DNA from: Candidatus Moanibacter sp.
Lineage (GTDB): Bacteria; Verrucomicrobiota; Verrucomicrobiia; Opitutales; UBA2987
Direction of reading: 5' to 3'
Length of the DNA stretch: 64,000 nt
NCBI GenBank assembly: GCA_965215885.1
Contig: CBDCEW010000088.1
Coordinates: 14,737-78,736, forward strand
Of the stretch, positions 48,180 to 58,625 are shown one piece after another (positions within the stretch are counted from its first letter, which is position 1; every line of letters starts with the position of its first letter). A model generated the notes under the pieces. The model did not search any database. It was not told the DNA's origin and saw only the letters and a program-made list of their open reading frames with translations. A program made the translations under genes and the position numbers.

Positions 48180-49853
48180 CTAGATGTCCAGCGCGGCCTC
48201 ACCTGATGCTGCTTCAATTACACAAAAGCCTTCGTCTTCAAGGAGAGTCTTAAGAAGGAGCCGGAAGTCTTTTTCATCTTCGACGAGGAGGATTTTAGCG
48301 TCTGATGAGTAGAATTCGGAGAAAGGCATCTCATCATCCTGTGAAGGCTCCTTCTGGGGGCGGGCTTTTGCGGAAAGGGGCAGAAAGATCTCAAACCTTG
48401 AGCCGTGATCAACCTCGCTCTCCACTTCGATCCAGCCTTTGTGCTCTTCAACAATCCCGTAAACGGTGGAGAGGCCGAGACCAGTGCCCTTATCCGGTTG
48501 GCGAGTGGTGAAAAAGGGCTCAAATATCCTCTTTCTGATTTCCTCCGTCATTCCATGCCCGGTATCTCTGATACTGATAAAGGCATGATCGCGAGGGAGG
48601 AATGGATCTTTCGAGTTGGGATGGGGCGGCGTCCGTTCTTTACTGCCTACCTCAAAATAGAGATCACCGCCCTGGGGCATGGCATCGCGCGCGTTGAGTG
48701 CGATATTGAGGATGACCTGCTCGAGGGCGCTTCTATCGGCCTGAACGGTCACTGTTTGGGAAGTCGTTGAAAGGTGGAGACGGCTGTTTGGGCCGAGCAT
48801 CTTCTCGATGATTTCCTGAAGATTGCGTATCGTTTCATGCACATCGATGGGACAGAAACTGAGTTTCTGAGTGCGGGTAAAGATAAGCAGCTGTTTAACG
48901 AGGGAACCTGCCCGGCCGCTGCCGCGGCAGATGCGGGCGAGGCCTTCCTTGAATTCCCGATCCAGGTCCCGATTCCGCGTAAGCATTTCGGCGGAGAGTC
49001 TGATGACCCCGAGGATATTGTTGAACTCATGCGCGATTCCGGCCGAAAGCTGCGCGACGGCGAGTTTTTTTTGCTGTTGGACGAGTTGCTCCATCATCCT
49101 CTTGCGGTCCGTGATATCTTCGAGGCAGACCAGGAAAGCGGATTCTTCGTTCCATTCCGTTTTTATGGTGCGTATTTCGACGACAACGATCTCGCCGGTC
49201 GGTTTCGTGAAGTGTACTTCATTGCATTTGTGCCTGTCGGTGCAGTAAGCAAACGGTTGTCGAAGGAGGGATTCCCTCTCCTGGCCGAGAATTTTCCCGG
49301 CGGAGTGATTTGCATACACAACCGTATGCTGCTCATCGAGAACAAGGATTCCCCCGGAGTGATCCTCGATAATATGCTGAAGGCGGTCTTCGCTTAGTTT
49401 GAGTTGTCGAGTGTTTTCCTCTAACTGCAGCTGCATTCGATAGCGTTCCCGGGCATGCCGAACGGTACGGTCCAAAAGGTAGGGATCCATAATCTTGCCC
49501 TTGACGAGATAGTCCTGGGCGCCGTCCCGAAGCGATTTTTCGGCGATCCCGTCGTCGTCGAGTTCCGTCAGAAGTACGATCGGTACGTCATGGAGGATTT
49601 GCCGAGCAGCGTGATAAGTCTCGATTCCCTGACTGTCGGGAAGTCCGAGGTCGAGGAGAACAGCATCAAATGGCGGCACAGCCGGTTTGGCGGCGATTTC
49701 GTCGAGTCTCTCAGCATGCTCGATCGCGTAAGTCCGGTGTGGTACCTCTTTGAGAAGCTCCACAATGAGACGCGCGTCGCCAGGGTTATCTTCAACCAGG
49801 AGCAGGCGCAAATGCCTCCCGTTTTTGGGAGGCGTCTCTGAGTCCAGGTTCAT
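48180..49853 (-). CDS. Hybrid sensor histidine kinase / response regulator (REC-PAS-HisKA-HATPase-REC, truncated by in-frame stop)
   Basis: N-terminal REC ([18 protein letters not shown] ... LLDLGLPD), His[12 protein letters not shown], and HATPase DTGHGM / GTGLGLS. The second REC begins [23 protein letters not shown] and is cut at ALDI*. Confidence 0.85.
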   Translation of the reverse strand: MNLDSETPPKNGRHLRLLLVEDNPGDARLIVELLKEVPHRTYAIEHAERLDEIAAKPAVPPFDAVLLDLGLPDSQGIETYHAARQILHDVPIVLLTELDDDGIAEKSLRDGAQDYLVKGKIMDPYLLDRTVRHARERYRMQLQLEENTRQLKLSEDRLQHIIEDHSGGILVLDEQHTVVYANHSAGKILGQERESLLRQPFAYCTDRHKCNEVHFTKPTGEIVVVEIRTIKTEWNEESAFLVCLEDITDRKRMMEQLVQQQKKLAVAQLSAGIAHEFNNILGVIRLSAEMLTRNRDLDREFKEGLARICRGSGRAGSLVKQLLIFTRTQKLSFCPIDVHETIRNLQEIIEKMLGPNSRLHLSTTSQTVTVQADRSALEQVILNIALNARDAMPQGGDLYFEVGSKERTPPHPNSKDPFLPRDHAFISIRDTGHGMTEEIRKRIFEPFFTTRQPDKGTGLGLSTVYGIVEEHKGWIEVESEVDHGSRFEIFLPLSAKARPQKEPSQDDEMPFSEFYSSDAKILLVEDEKDFRLLLKTLLEDEGFCVIEAASGEAALDI

Positions 49854-49923
49854 AATCGAGATGCTTCCTGAGAGTTCCAGAAGTGTCTGATAGTATCAGC
49901 GGGCCGTAAACGGATGTTTTGCG

Positions 49924-50388
49924 TCAACCGCCGGCTGCTACCGCGACGGGGAGTTTTACAATCTCCAGCCAGAATTCTTCGATAGACTTTATCACCCTTA
50001 GGAAACTATCGAGTTCGACCGGCTTGTTGATAAAGCAATTGGCATGCCGCTCGTAACACTTGAAAATATCCTGCTCCGCTGTCGACGTAGTCAGTACGAC
50101 GACAGGAATGCGCTTTAAGAACGGATCCGACTTTATCTCTTCCAGGACTTCGGGTCCGTTTACTTTGGGAAGATTGAGATCGAGCAATATGAGGTCGGGC
50201 CTTGGCGCATCGCCGAACTCTCCTTCTCTTCGGAGAAACTCGAGCGCCTTCGCCCCATCTCTGGCAACATGGAGTGTGTTTGAGACTTTTCCTTCTTTGA
50301 GTGCTTCTTCAGTTAACCGCACGTCGCCCGGATTGTCTTCTACAAGAAGAATCTCAATTGATTTTACGTTGTTGTAATGATCGGTCAT
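49924..50388 (-). CDS. Single-domain response regulator (receiver only)
   Basis: [31 protein letters not shown] and VVVLTTS. The protein is 154 aa. Confidence 0.9.
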   Translation of the reverse strand: MTDHYNNVKSIEILLVEDNPGDVRLTEEALKEGKVSNTLHVARDGAKALEFLRREGEFGDAPRPDLILLDLNLPKVNGPEVLEEIKSDPFLKRIPVVVLTTSTAEQDIFKCYERHANCFINKPVELDSFLRVIKSIEEFWLEIVKLPVAVAAGG

Positions 50389-50599
50389 GGTTCGCTAATT
50401 CCCAGCCATTGAGACGGTTATTTTGGGCGTCGATTAATAGGAAACTTGCGCAGGTTGATCTACGGGATTCAGGATTCTTTCGGACTTTGGGTCTGTGCCT
50501 GATTAGCCTGCTTGAGGGTCCGACGGTCGGCCTTCGGCGAGGCTCTTGCGAAGTAGGGCGTAACTTTACGGCAAAGGCCCAATGTACTCTCTGTCGTGA

Positions 50600-52798
50600 T
50601 TAGACCGCTTCTGCCATCTGCAGAAGGTGATCTTCCTGTTCCTCGGCTTCACCGGAAAGGTCTGAAGTTGCCAGAGGAAGAGTAAATTTGAAGGTAGCTC
50701 CCTCTCCGAGTTTCGATTCCAGCCAGATACGCCCGCCATGCCGACGTAAGATCTTTTGGCAAATTGAAAGGCCGATTCCCGTTCCGGGAAGGTCCTCCTT
50801 GCGGTGCAGTCGCTGAAAAATCAAGAATATGCGGTCAAAGTATTTTGGATCGATACCAATACCGTTGTCGGATACAGAAATTCTCCAACCTGGGGAAATG
50901 ATTGCAGGACTCTCTCGATCGTCTGTACGAGGGACGGGACGGATATCATTAATCGGGTCAGCCGATATGTGAATCGCCGGCGCATTTTCGCCGCGGAACT
51001 TAATTGCATTCTCGACGAGATTTTGAAAAAGCCGCATCAATTGGCTCTCATCACCGAGAACGTTGGGCAGAGGATCCGAAGTTACTTTTGCTCCGGAAGA
51101 TTCAATCTTGCTCTTGAGGTTGGCAAGCGCTTGCGAAAGAACATTGCTGCAGGATGTGTGATTGAGAACTTTTCCCATTGTAGTTATTCTGGAATAGTTC
51201 AAGAGGTCTTCGATGAGTCTCTTCATTCTAGAAGCGCCATCTACTGCGAAAGTGATGAATTCATCAGCGTCGGTATCGAGCTTGCCCTTGTAGCGTAGAG
51301 CGAGAAGCTGCAAAAAACTCGACACCATCCGCAAGGGTTCCTTTAGGTCGTGAGACGCGACATTTGCGAACTGCTCCAGTTCATGATTGGAAGTTTCTAA
51401 TTCCTGTGCCTTAGCCTTCAGGGCTTCCTCGGCTTTCTTCAGATCAGTAATGTCGGTAATACAAACCGGTACTCTGTCGAACTGCTCGATGTCCCTGGGA
51501 AAAAGCATCGTGATGAGAAGATTGCGGAGTTCACCCTGTAGGGTGAGGCCGACAAACTCTCCTTCGAAAAACTCGCGCCCTTCGGCGACGGCGATCAGCT
51601 CTTCCTTGAATACCGTTAGTGCCTCAGGGGGTAACAGTTTCAGTAAGACCTCAAACAGCTCAGCTTTGCTTGTTGCATCAAAGAGTTTTAGAGTAGCCGG
51701 GTTTACATCTGTTATCTTGATCTTTTTCAGGGCCGCTTCGACTTGCTCCGGGTGGCTGTCGAAATACGCTCTGAAGTTTGTAATGCCTTGAGACTTAAGC
51801 TTCTCGATATCTTTGACATATTCGGAAAAGTCCTCTTCCCAGATTGAAAAGGCTGTTGTTTCGAAGATGTTTTTGTATCTTGACTCACTCTGACGAAGTG
51901 ACTTCTCCGTCTCTTTTCTAACTGCAATCTCGTTCCTGAGATTTTGGTTCACCGATTCAATCTTGAGAGCGCTCAATTCGGCCTGTTGAAAGAGATCGTA
52001 AGTGTTGCCAATCAATCCGGTGAGGACGCAGAAATAGCTCACTACCTTGAGTTGATGGGCTGAATCGAACATGATTTCGAAGACCTGACCGGAAAATGAC
52101 ATATACATAACCTGGGCCATCAGCCCCACAACGAGTGAAACTATAAGCCAGTGCTCAAAAATGTCAGTTTTCCAGTGTGCCTTCTTAAGAAAACCAACGA
52201 GAGCCAATAAAAAGAAGAGAGCCGAAACGAATTCCTGGGGACGGTGAAAAATAATCTCCGGAAAGTGCGCCCGTGGAAGCGGGACTAAGGCAAAAAAGAT
52301 GAAACTGAATAACGTAAGAATTCCGGCAGCACAATAGATCGTCCCTTCTTTGAGCTTTCCTGTTTCACCTATTCGGTCCTCTCTACGCCAGGCCAGGAAG
52401 CTGAATAGCATCATAAGAGAGAGAAAAGTACGAGAGGCGTTCCAATTCCAGGGGATGAGGTAGGGGGGCGCGGAGGGAAAAAACTGGTCGAAATAAGATG
52501 AGGTTACGATGGCGTGGTAGCCATCAAGAAGACCGGTACCCAAAAATCCAGTCGCGATGAATAGTATGGTATTGTTCTTCTTTGTGTAAAAGCGCACGAG
52601 AGCGATGACACCAACGAGGAGAGCAATTACGGTCGCGACCGCCTCAAGCAGAGTGTGATACTGTTTATCGCTCTGCCATCCTGAGTTTCTTAAGAGGAAG
52701 TGACCAAGAAACAGGCTTAGGAACGTAATTAAGTATAGTTTCGCTCGGGATTTGGTTAGAGTGTCTGATTCGATGGGGTTTGGATGTATTGGAATCAT
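50600..52798 (-). CDS. Membrane sensor histidine kinase (multi-TM N-domain, PAS, HisKA, HATPase)
   Basis: There are about 7 N-terminal TM helices and a PAS-like middle region. Also present are HisKA ASHDLKEPLRMV, and DNGIGI / GTGIGLSI. Confidence 0.9.
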   Translation of the reverse strand: MIPIHPNPIESDTLTKSRAKLYLITFLSLFLGHFLLRNSGWQSDKQYHTLLEAVATVIALLVGVIALVRFYTKKNNTILFIATGFLGTGLLDGYHAIVTSSYFDQFFPSAPPYLIPWNWNASRTFLSLMMLFSFLAWRREDRIGETGKLKEGTIYCAAGILTLFSFIFFALVPLPRAHFPEIIFHRPQEFVSALFFLLALVGFLKKAHWKTDIFEHWLIVSLVVGLMAQVMYMSFSGQVFEIMFDSAHQLKVVSYFCVLTGLIGNTYDLFQQAELSALKIESVNQNLRNEIAVRKETEKSLRQSESRYKNIFETTAFSIWEEDFSEYVKDIEKLKSQGITNFRAYFDSHPEQVEAALKKIKITDVNPATLKLFDATSKAELFEVLLKLLPPEALTVFKEELIAVAEGREFFEGEFVGLTLQGELRNLLITMLFPRDIEQFDRVPVCITDITDLKKAEEALKAKAQELETSNHELEQFANVASHDLKEPLRMVSSFLQLLALRYKGKLDTDADEFITFAVDGASRMKRLIEDLLNYSRITTMGKVLNHTSCSNVLSQALANLKSKIESSGAKVTSDPLPNVLGDESQLMRLFQNLVENAIKFRGENAPAIHISADPINDIRPVPRTDDRESPAIISPGWRISVSDNGIGIDPKYFDRIFLIFQRLHRKEDLPGTGIGLSICQKILRRHGGRIWLESKLGEGATFKFTLPLATSDLSGEAEEQEDHLLQMAEAV

Positions 52799-53012
52799 CT
52801 ATGTGTTTATTCCATTCTTTGGGAGGTGCATTTTGTCGGGGATCCTCGACGGAAGATCGAATCGGTTCGCGCTTCTCCCATCGTCACTCTTAACCATGAT
52901 CTTCAGTCGATCTTCTCAATTCGCTCCGAGGACGATTACGAGAAGGATTGAGCTCGATGCGCACTCGAAAGTCGTGGTCGTAATCAATGGTCGATCCTAT
53001 AGCGCGACTGAT

Positions 53013-53855
53013 CTACCCCCCTTTCAGGGAGCTCTGTAATTCTTTGAGGCGCTCGTGTGCACACATCAGGTACTCGCCGAGCTGCTCCTGGGTGATTTTT
53101 ACGACTTCGGTGGCTCTGGGGTCTGCCTTAAAAGCCCAGGCATTTTTTCCATGGTTAAGGCCGATATTGGCGACAACCCAGTTGGCGAGGTGGAGAGTGC
53201 TGGTGGCTTCTCTGCATTCGGGAACATCGAGGGGACGGTATTGGTACTGGATGGGGAGGTAAGTGTGGGATGCGAAATCCCATTGTTTCAGGAGGGAGGC
53301 GCCGATCTCGGCGTGATCGAACCCCAGGACTTCCCTCTCCGCTTCTGTCAAAGTGATACCTTTCTTTTCAACGATTTGAAAGACCTGTTCGTAGCAGTCG
53401 TTCAGGTAGCGATTAATGACAATCTTGCCGAGCGAATGAAGTAGCCCCGTAGTATACGAAGAACTGGGGTCCTGACCTGTATTCCTGGCCATATTTTCCA
53501 TAACCAGGGCACAGGCGAGAGATTGTTCCCAGAGCTGACCTTCATCGAGAAAAAACACGGGCTGAGCATCGCTGAGCAGTTCCATGCCGCAGACCATGGC
53601 GACAAGCTTGTAAACTTCCCGGATGCCAATGCGGCTGACGGCGTCTTCAATATCGACAATTTGAGTGGCCTGTCCGTAGTAGGCGCTGTTGCTCAATTTC
53701 AAGACCTGCGCGGTAAGGGAGGGATCTATTCTTATGAGGGAGACAATATCATCGAAGTTGGAATCCTCGCTCGTCAAGAGAGTCTGCAGTTTTGGCAGGG
53801 TCTGAATGGTGGGGGGGAAATTATCCACCTGTTCGATTAGTGATTCTAGAGTCAT
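53013..53855 (-). CDS. HDOD domain protein
   Basis: LPKLQTLLTSEDSNFDDIVSLIRIDPSLTAQVLKLSNSAYYG is the typical HDOD signature. The protein is 280 aa. Confidence 0.85.
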   Translation of the reverse strand: MTLESLIEQVDNFPPTIQTLPKLQTLLTSEDSNFDDIVSLIRIDPSLTAQVLKLSNSAYYGQATQIVDIEDAVSRIGIREVYKLVAMVCGMELLSDAQPVFFLDEGQLWEQSLACALVMENMARNTGQDPSSSYTTGLLHSLGKIVINRYLNDCYEQVFQIVEKKGITLTEAEREVLGFDHAEIGASLLKQWDFASHTYLPIQYQYRPLDVPECREATSTLHLANWVVANIGLNHGKNAWAFKADPRATEVVKITQEQLGEYLMCAHERLKELQSSLKGG

Positions 53856-54370
53856 CTTAGGCAGATCTGTCGGATGATGGTGGTTTTTACCTCCAGCAGG
53901 CCGGTGCTTAACTCGAAGTGAATCGTACGATTATTGAGGCCGCCCAATTCTTCTTCTGTAACCTGTAGATGCTCGCGCGCCAGGATGTTCTTTACTGCCT
54001 CGATATTACGCGCCCCGATATTGAAGAGTTCGCTTTCGCTGAGGTCCGATGCTCCGCCGGCCAGGAAGATCCTCAAGCTATTGCGGATTACCCCTAGGCG
54101 ATTCAGCTCTTTCAAAAGAGCACGCATGCCGGTGTCGACAAAAATGGAAGGCTGAGAGAGAGCCCGCTCCGGAGACATGCTGGAATCGGGCAGCATGAAA
54201 TGGGCAAGCCCGGAAATGATCTGAATTGGGTCGTATATCACGATTCCGAGACAGGAACCAAGGGCGTAGGTACTGAGGATATAGTTGGGTGAACTGGAGA
54301 TGCCAAAGTCTCCAACACCGACAACGATGTTTTCAGTTGTGATATTCAGGGTTATGGGTGCTTCCGGCAC
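53852..54370 (-). CDS. cheD: Chemoreceptor glutamine deamidase CheD-family protein
   Basis: ALGSCLGIVIYDP, GLAHFMLP and LAGGAS. The protein is 172 aa and overlaps the HDOD gene start by 4 nt. Confidence 0.8.
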   Translation of the reverse strand: MPEAPITLNITTENIVVGVGDFGISSSPNYILSTYALGSCLGIVIYDPIQIISGLAHFMLPDSSMSPERALSQPSIFVDTGMRALLKELNRLGVIRNSLRIFLAGGASDLSESELFNIGARNIEAVKNILAREHLQVTEEELGGLNNRTIHFELSTGLLEVKTTIIRQICLR

Positions 54371-54442
54371 GACTTTTTATACGTTAGTTCTTAAAGAGTC
54401 CTCTTCAGATCCTTCATGATACGGCTGATTCTACCCACGGCT

Positions 54443-54922
54443 TTACTCTAAATGTTGTGCGATTTTCGAGAGGGTGAGAGTTGGGTTTGATTCAGCGATT
54501 TCCTTCACCTGCAAGAGGCGATCAATACGGTGGGCGAGTTTTCCCAGCGGGCTTTGAGCATTAACCGTGAGCCCGTTCCCCACAGTGGTGGAGAGGATGA
54601 TTCGGGAATCTTTCGTGCGTGCGAACCGGATTGAACCCTCCCGGATGAATTCATGCGAGAATCCCGCCAGAGCGGGATCGTTCAACAGATCACGAGTAAG
54701 GTGTAGTAGATTAGCGTCGAGATCGGCGATGTTGTATATTCGGTGGGTCCTGAGATATTGAATGAGCTCAGTGTCATTGAGAGTTTCATTCGTGAGGGTC
54801 AGTACTTTCTCAAAATCGGGCACCGTTGCGTTTCCGGTATCCGGGTTGACTCGCCTAACGCTGAAGAGGGATGATAGTTCCCTGCCGATGGCTATAGCGC
54901 TGGTCGCAAGTATTGGGTGCAT
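54443..54922 (-). CDS. Hypothetical protein
   Basis: 159-aa ORF at the head of the cheD-HDOD-kinase gene string. No family was recognised. Confidence 0.45.
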   Translation of the reverse strand: MHPILATSAIAIGRELSSLFSVRRVNPDTGNATVPDFEKVLTLTNETLNDTELIQYLRTHRIYNIADLDANLLHLTRDLLNDPALAGFSHEFIREGSIRFARTKDSRIILSTTVGNGLTVNAQSPLGKLAHRIDRLLQVKEIAESNPTLTLSKIAQHLE

Positions 54923-55268
54923 TAGGAATCTTATAGTAGCTCCAGGTTATTCATCCAAGGGGCCGAGTGGAGCCGCAGGAAAAACTCGGCGAGGCCCCTT
55001 TGTGAATAACTTGGCCGATCAGTGGTTGGCGATGGGTCAAAGAGTTTGTTTGGCTAAGGGTGAAAATATTCAAAGGCAGCCGTCCACTACGAACTTAGGA
55101 ATCAGTCCGAAGAGGACTTCCGACAGAATTTCGAGTGGACGGCCTGCCTGGATGACCGAAAACGAACACTCAGTTTACATCCTCATAACAGGATCCAACT
55201 ATAAGGACTTCGCCTGGACATCCAGTGCCTTTGAAAAAAGCAAAAAGACAAACTAAAGGAACAAAGGG

Positions 55269-56579
55269 ATGCAGAAAAGGGAAAAAACAAATCGATATAG
55301 TGTGGTGATAGGAATTGATTGGGCGGATCAGAAAAACGATCTGTGGATCATAGAGAGCGAAACGGGAAAAGGGACCCATCGACAGGTGGCGCAGGATGCG
55401 GTCAGCTTGCACGAATTTGCCGTAGAGATGAGAGAAAAGTATGCCAGCGTGGGCAAGCGCATGGCCATGGTGGTGGACCAGAAGCGAGGAGGGTTGATCA
55501 ACTTTCTGATGGGCTTGGAGTTTGTCGATATCTATCCAGTGCATGCGGCCAGGGCGAAGGATTATCGCCGGGCGCTGTATCCATCAGGGGCCAAGAGCGA
55601 CCCGGTCGATGCGCAAATACACGCGGAGTTTTTCCTCAAACATCCCGAGCTTTTTATCAAATGTTTCATACCTGACACGGCCCAAACACGGGAGCTGAAC
55701 CTGTTGTGCGAGGACCGCCGTGGATTCGTCGATCAGGCTACCAGCCTCGAACAGCAGTTGGGCAGTTGTCTGAAGCAATATAACCCTTTGGTCTTGAAAT
55801 TGTTCGATGATCTAGGCAGTGGCCTGTGCCTGCACTTTATATTGCGTTGGCCGACCCTCAAGAAGCTGCACAGAGCATCGGAGGGTGTCTTGCGAAAGTT
55901 CTTCTATAAGCACAACTGTCGCAGTGACGCCAAAATCCAGGAGCGTCTCGAATTGATCGGTAACGCACGAGCCTTGATCGAAGATGCAGCCATCATTGAA
56001 GCATCCAGCAGAAAAGCACAGACGTTGGCCGGACAGCTTTTGACCCTGTGCCCGCAGATCAAAGCGTATGAGAAGCGTATCAGGGAGCTATTCAGAAGCC
56101 ATCCCGATGCAGCCGTGTTCAGTGGCATTCCCGGAGCCGGCGAGGTCATGAGTCCCCGGTTGCTGTGCGCGTTCGGGACCGATCGTTCGCACTTCGAAAC
56201 GGCCCAGAACATGACCCAGTGGAATGGATCCGCTCCGGTCACGATCAACAGCGGGCAGGACAAAAGAACCGGACAACCGAAACGAATGGTCAACTGGCGG
56301 TGGGCGGCTCCTACCTTCGTGCGGCAAAGTTTCGTTGAATTTGCCGAACATTCGATCCGAAACTGTGCCTGGGCAAAGGCCTTTTACCAGATCAAAAAAG
56401 AACAGGGCAAACCCCGCCAAACCATTCTTCGTGCCCTCGCTCTCAAGTGGACCCGCATTCTGTTTCGCTGTTGGCAAAATAGCGAACGCTACGATGAGCA
56501 AAAGTATCTCCAATCGCTCCAACGCACCGGTTCACCGGTGTGGAAAAGACTTCAGCAAGCAAATGCCAACGCCTTGTAA
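55269..56579 (+). CDS. IS110-family transposase (DEDD recombinase)
   Basis: The N-terminus is VIGIDWADQKNDLWI (DEDD/RuvC-like). The C-terminal part is GIPGAGEVMSPRLLCAFG (Transposase_20-type HhH). The protein is 436 aa. Element boundaries are not resolved. Confidence 0.85.
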   Translation: MQKREKTNRYSVVIGIDWADQKNDLWIIESETGKGTHRQVAQDAVSLHEFAVEMREKYASVGKRMAMVVDQKRGGLINFLMGLEFVDIYPVHAARAKDYRRALYPSGAKSDPVDAQIHAEFFLKHPELFIKCFIPDTAQTRELNLLCEDRRGFVDQATSLEQQLGSCLKQYNPLVLKLFDDLGSGLCLHFILRWPTLKKLHRASEGVLRKFFYKHNCRSDAKIQERLELIGNARALIEDAAIIEASSRKAQTLAGQLLTLCPQIKAYEKRIRELFRSHPDAAVFSGIPGAGEVMSPRLLCAFGTDRSHFETAQNMTQWNGSAPVTINSGQDKRTGQPKRMVNWRWAAPTFVRQSFVEFAEHSIRNCAWAKAFYQIKKEQGKPRQTILRALALKWTRILFRCWQNSERYDEQKYLQSLQRTGSPVWKRLQQANANAL

Positions 56580-56724
56580 ACACAACATGAGAAAAAACTC
56601 AAAAAATCCCTTGACGGACTACCTCAGTTTTCTGTCGGACTTTGCATTATTAACATCTCCGTGGTCTGGATTTCACGGTGACAGATCGATAATCCGACCG
56701 GGATCAGACCGACAGATTCCTCTG

Positions 56725-56885
56725 AAGAAAATGAAACTGAATTTTGGGGACGCATTAACTCACTTTATCTGTTATTGACCTAGAAAGTGCATGACTCTTA
56801 CCGGGAAAGAGACAATTTGGCCCTGATGCACGCATCGCGAGCATTCTTGGAGTTCGCTTCCACCAAAATTCAGTTTCATTTTCTT
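56725..56885. mobile_element. 161-bp MITE-like element, copy 2 (perfect 21-bp terminal inverted repeats)
   Basis: 56725-56745 is aagaaaatgaaactgaatttt and 56865-56885 is aaaattcagtttcattttctt. The interior is diverged from copy 1 and appears to be in inverted orientation. Confidence 0.7.
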
Positions 56886-56889
56886 GTCT

Positions 56890-56913
56890 CTAGTCCCGGC
56901 AAGCCGGGACTAG
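56890..56913. repeat. REP-like hairpin CTAGTCCCGGCAAGCCGGGACTAG
   Basis: It is a perfect 10-bp stem. The same GTCCCGGCAAGCCGGGAC core occurs at 8133-8150, 36663-36678 and 40357-40372. It lies 10 nt beyond the stop of the HD-GYP gene. Confidence 0.8.
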
Positions 56914-56923
56914 CCCGCTTTTC

Positions 56924-58297
56924 TCACTGATAGACCAGAATTCTTTGATTAATTGGATCTACCAGATTGTGTTTTTGAATTTTCTCCAGGGTTCTGTCAC
57001 TCAGTTCGCGGTCTTCCGGTATAAGAAGTAAACCGGTTGGGCTGTAGAGCCCTTTTGCCAGGATCATACCGGATTCCAACTCCGAAAAGAGTAGTTCTCT
57101 TACTTTGCGTGGGAGTTGGACCATGCGGGTCGCCTTGAGAAAAAGACGGACTGCCTCGGGTTCGAATGTTTTGCCTGACTGTCGGAGGATCGCCTCAATA
57201 GCTTCTTCCTTGGGGAGCCCGCACTCGACGAAGTAGACGGCAATTGCCAGAATCCGGGCGGGGCGCGGAATTGCCTCCCGGGCCAATCGGTCGGGATATC
57301 CTTTGCCGTCCCATCGTTCATGATGTGCGCGAATAGTCTCCCCGACCAGAGATAGATTATCGATAAAGGATGCGAGGGTCTGACCATAAATGGGGTGGTT
57401 GTATATGATCTCCCTTTCTCGCACACTCAAGGATTCCGGACTCTCCCTGGCTCTATGGAGCAGATCTCTGGATATACCGATGAGACCGATATTTTGCAGC
57501 CAGGCGCTGACGGTAAGTGTGCGCTGGTCTTTGGAGGAAAGGTTTCCCGAGTCACTGATTTGACGACAGATGTTGACAATTGCTTTGGTTTCCTCTCCCA
57601 GCACCGGGTGGTAAGCGTCAATAATGCGATAGCAGAGTTCGAGGGAATGCTCAAAGTTGGATTTAAGCGCCGTGTTCGCCTCGTCAAGGGCGAGCTTTTG
57701 TTGGCTCAGGATTTGATTCTTTTTTTTGAGTTCCGCATTCGAAAGGGAGAGCCTCTCGTTGAGTGTTAGGGTATCGGCTTGTAGTTTTCTGTTGACCTCA
57801 AGGAGTTGAAACCTCTGCACTGCGTTCTTGACCGTGGCGAGGAGTTCTTCTCGAATCCAGGGCTTTGCCAGAAATCTGAATATCTCACCTTTATTGACCG
57901 CTTCAATCACGGTGTTAAGGGTAAGCGCGCCAGTTATCAGGACACGGGAAGCATTTGGCTGCTGCCCTTTTACGAGGGCCAGGAACTCGAGGCCGGTCAT
58001 TTCATCCATTCGTTGATCCGATATGATGACGGCAAAGGAGTCCTCTTTTATATACTCGAGAGCCTTTATAGGTGATAGGGTTTCGACCACCCGATAGCCC
58101 TCAGCAGTTATCGTATCATTGAGGGCAAGCAGAATATCCTCGTCGTCGTCGACAATCAGAACCGGACATCTCCCGATTTCGTTGACTCTTGGCGCGCCGT
58201 TGCTCTCGCGCGACAGATGCTGAGCCTGCATATCGGCGGCACTACCTTCCGCGGAGAGCGAGCTCATGATAATTGCAGGTTCGTGTTGATTCGCCAT
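56924..58297 (-). CDS. Response regulator with HD-GYP phosphodiesterase domain (RpfG-like)
   Basis: REC (VLIVDDDEDILLAL, VIISDQRMDEMTG), a coiled-coil linker, and HD-GYP (HHERWDGKGYPDRL). The protein is 457 aa. Confidence 0.85.
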   Translation of the reverse strand: MANQHEPAIIMSSLSAEGSAADMQAQHLSRESNGAPRVNEIGRCPVLIVDDDEDILLALNDTITAEGYRVVETLSPIKALEYIKEDSFAVIISDQRMDEMTGLEFLALVKGQQPNASRVLITGALTLNTVIEAVNKGEIFRFLAKPWIREELLATVKNAVQRFQLLEVNRKLQADTLTLNERLSLSNAELKKKNQILSQQKLALDEANTALKSNFEHSLELCYRIIDAYHPVLGEETKAIVNICRQISDSGNLSSKDQRTLTVSAWLQNIGLIGISRDLLHRARESPESLSVREREIIYNHPIYGQTLASFIDNLSLVGETIRAHHERWDGKGYPDRLAREAIPRPARILAIAVYFVECGLPKEEAIEAILRQSGKTFEPEAVRLFLKATRMVQLPRKVRELLFSELESGMILAKGLYSPTGLLLIPEDRELSDRTLEKIQKHNLVDPINQRILVYQ

Positions 58298-58467
58298 AGG
58301 CGGAGCGCTCTTCCGTGGGCTTTTCGCTGGAATGGGAAGGCTGGCTCATTCTCTTACTGATTGCTGATTCCGGAGAACCGGTTCTAATATAACGGACATC
58401 GGAGAGATATTTTTCGCGAAATTTTGTGTTCATTCGGAGGGATGCCCGGAAAAGACGCGAAAAAGCC

Positions 58468-58579
58468 TAGCGCAGCGTAGCCGCAACCAAGAAAGAAGAA
58501 GAGAACCGGTCTGCCGTTCGGCAGACCACGCGAATGGACGCGAATGAAAAAGAATTTACCACAGATTCGAGAAAACCGC
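58468..58579. repeat. Repeat family D, copy 3
   Basis: tagcgcagcgtagccgcaaccaagaaagaagaagagaacc...cgcgaatggacgcgaatgaaaaagaatttaccacagattcgagaaaaccg aligns with 40018-40117 and 46207-46302. Confidence 0.7.
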
Positions 58580-58625
58580 TGATTGATTTAGCTTCCAGCT
58601 CCGAATTAGGTTTCAACCCGTTGGG

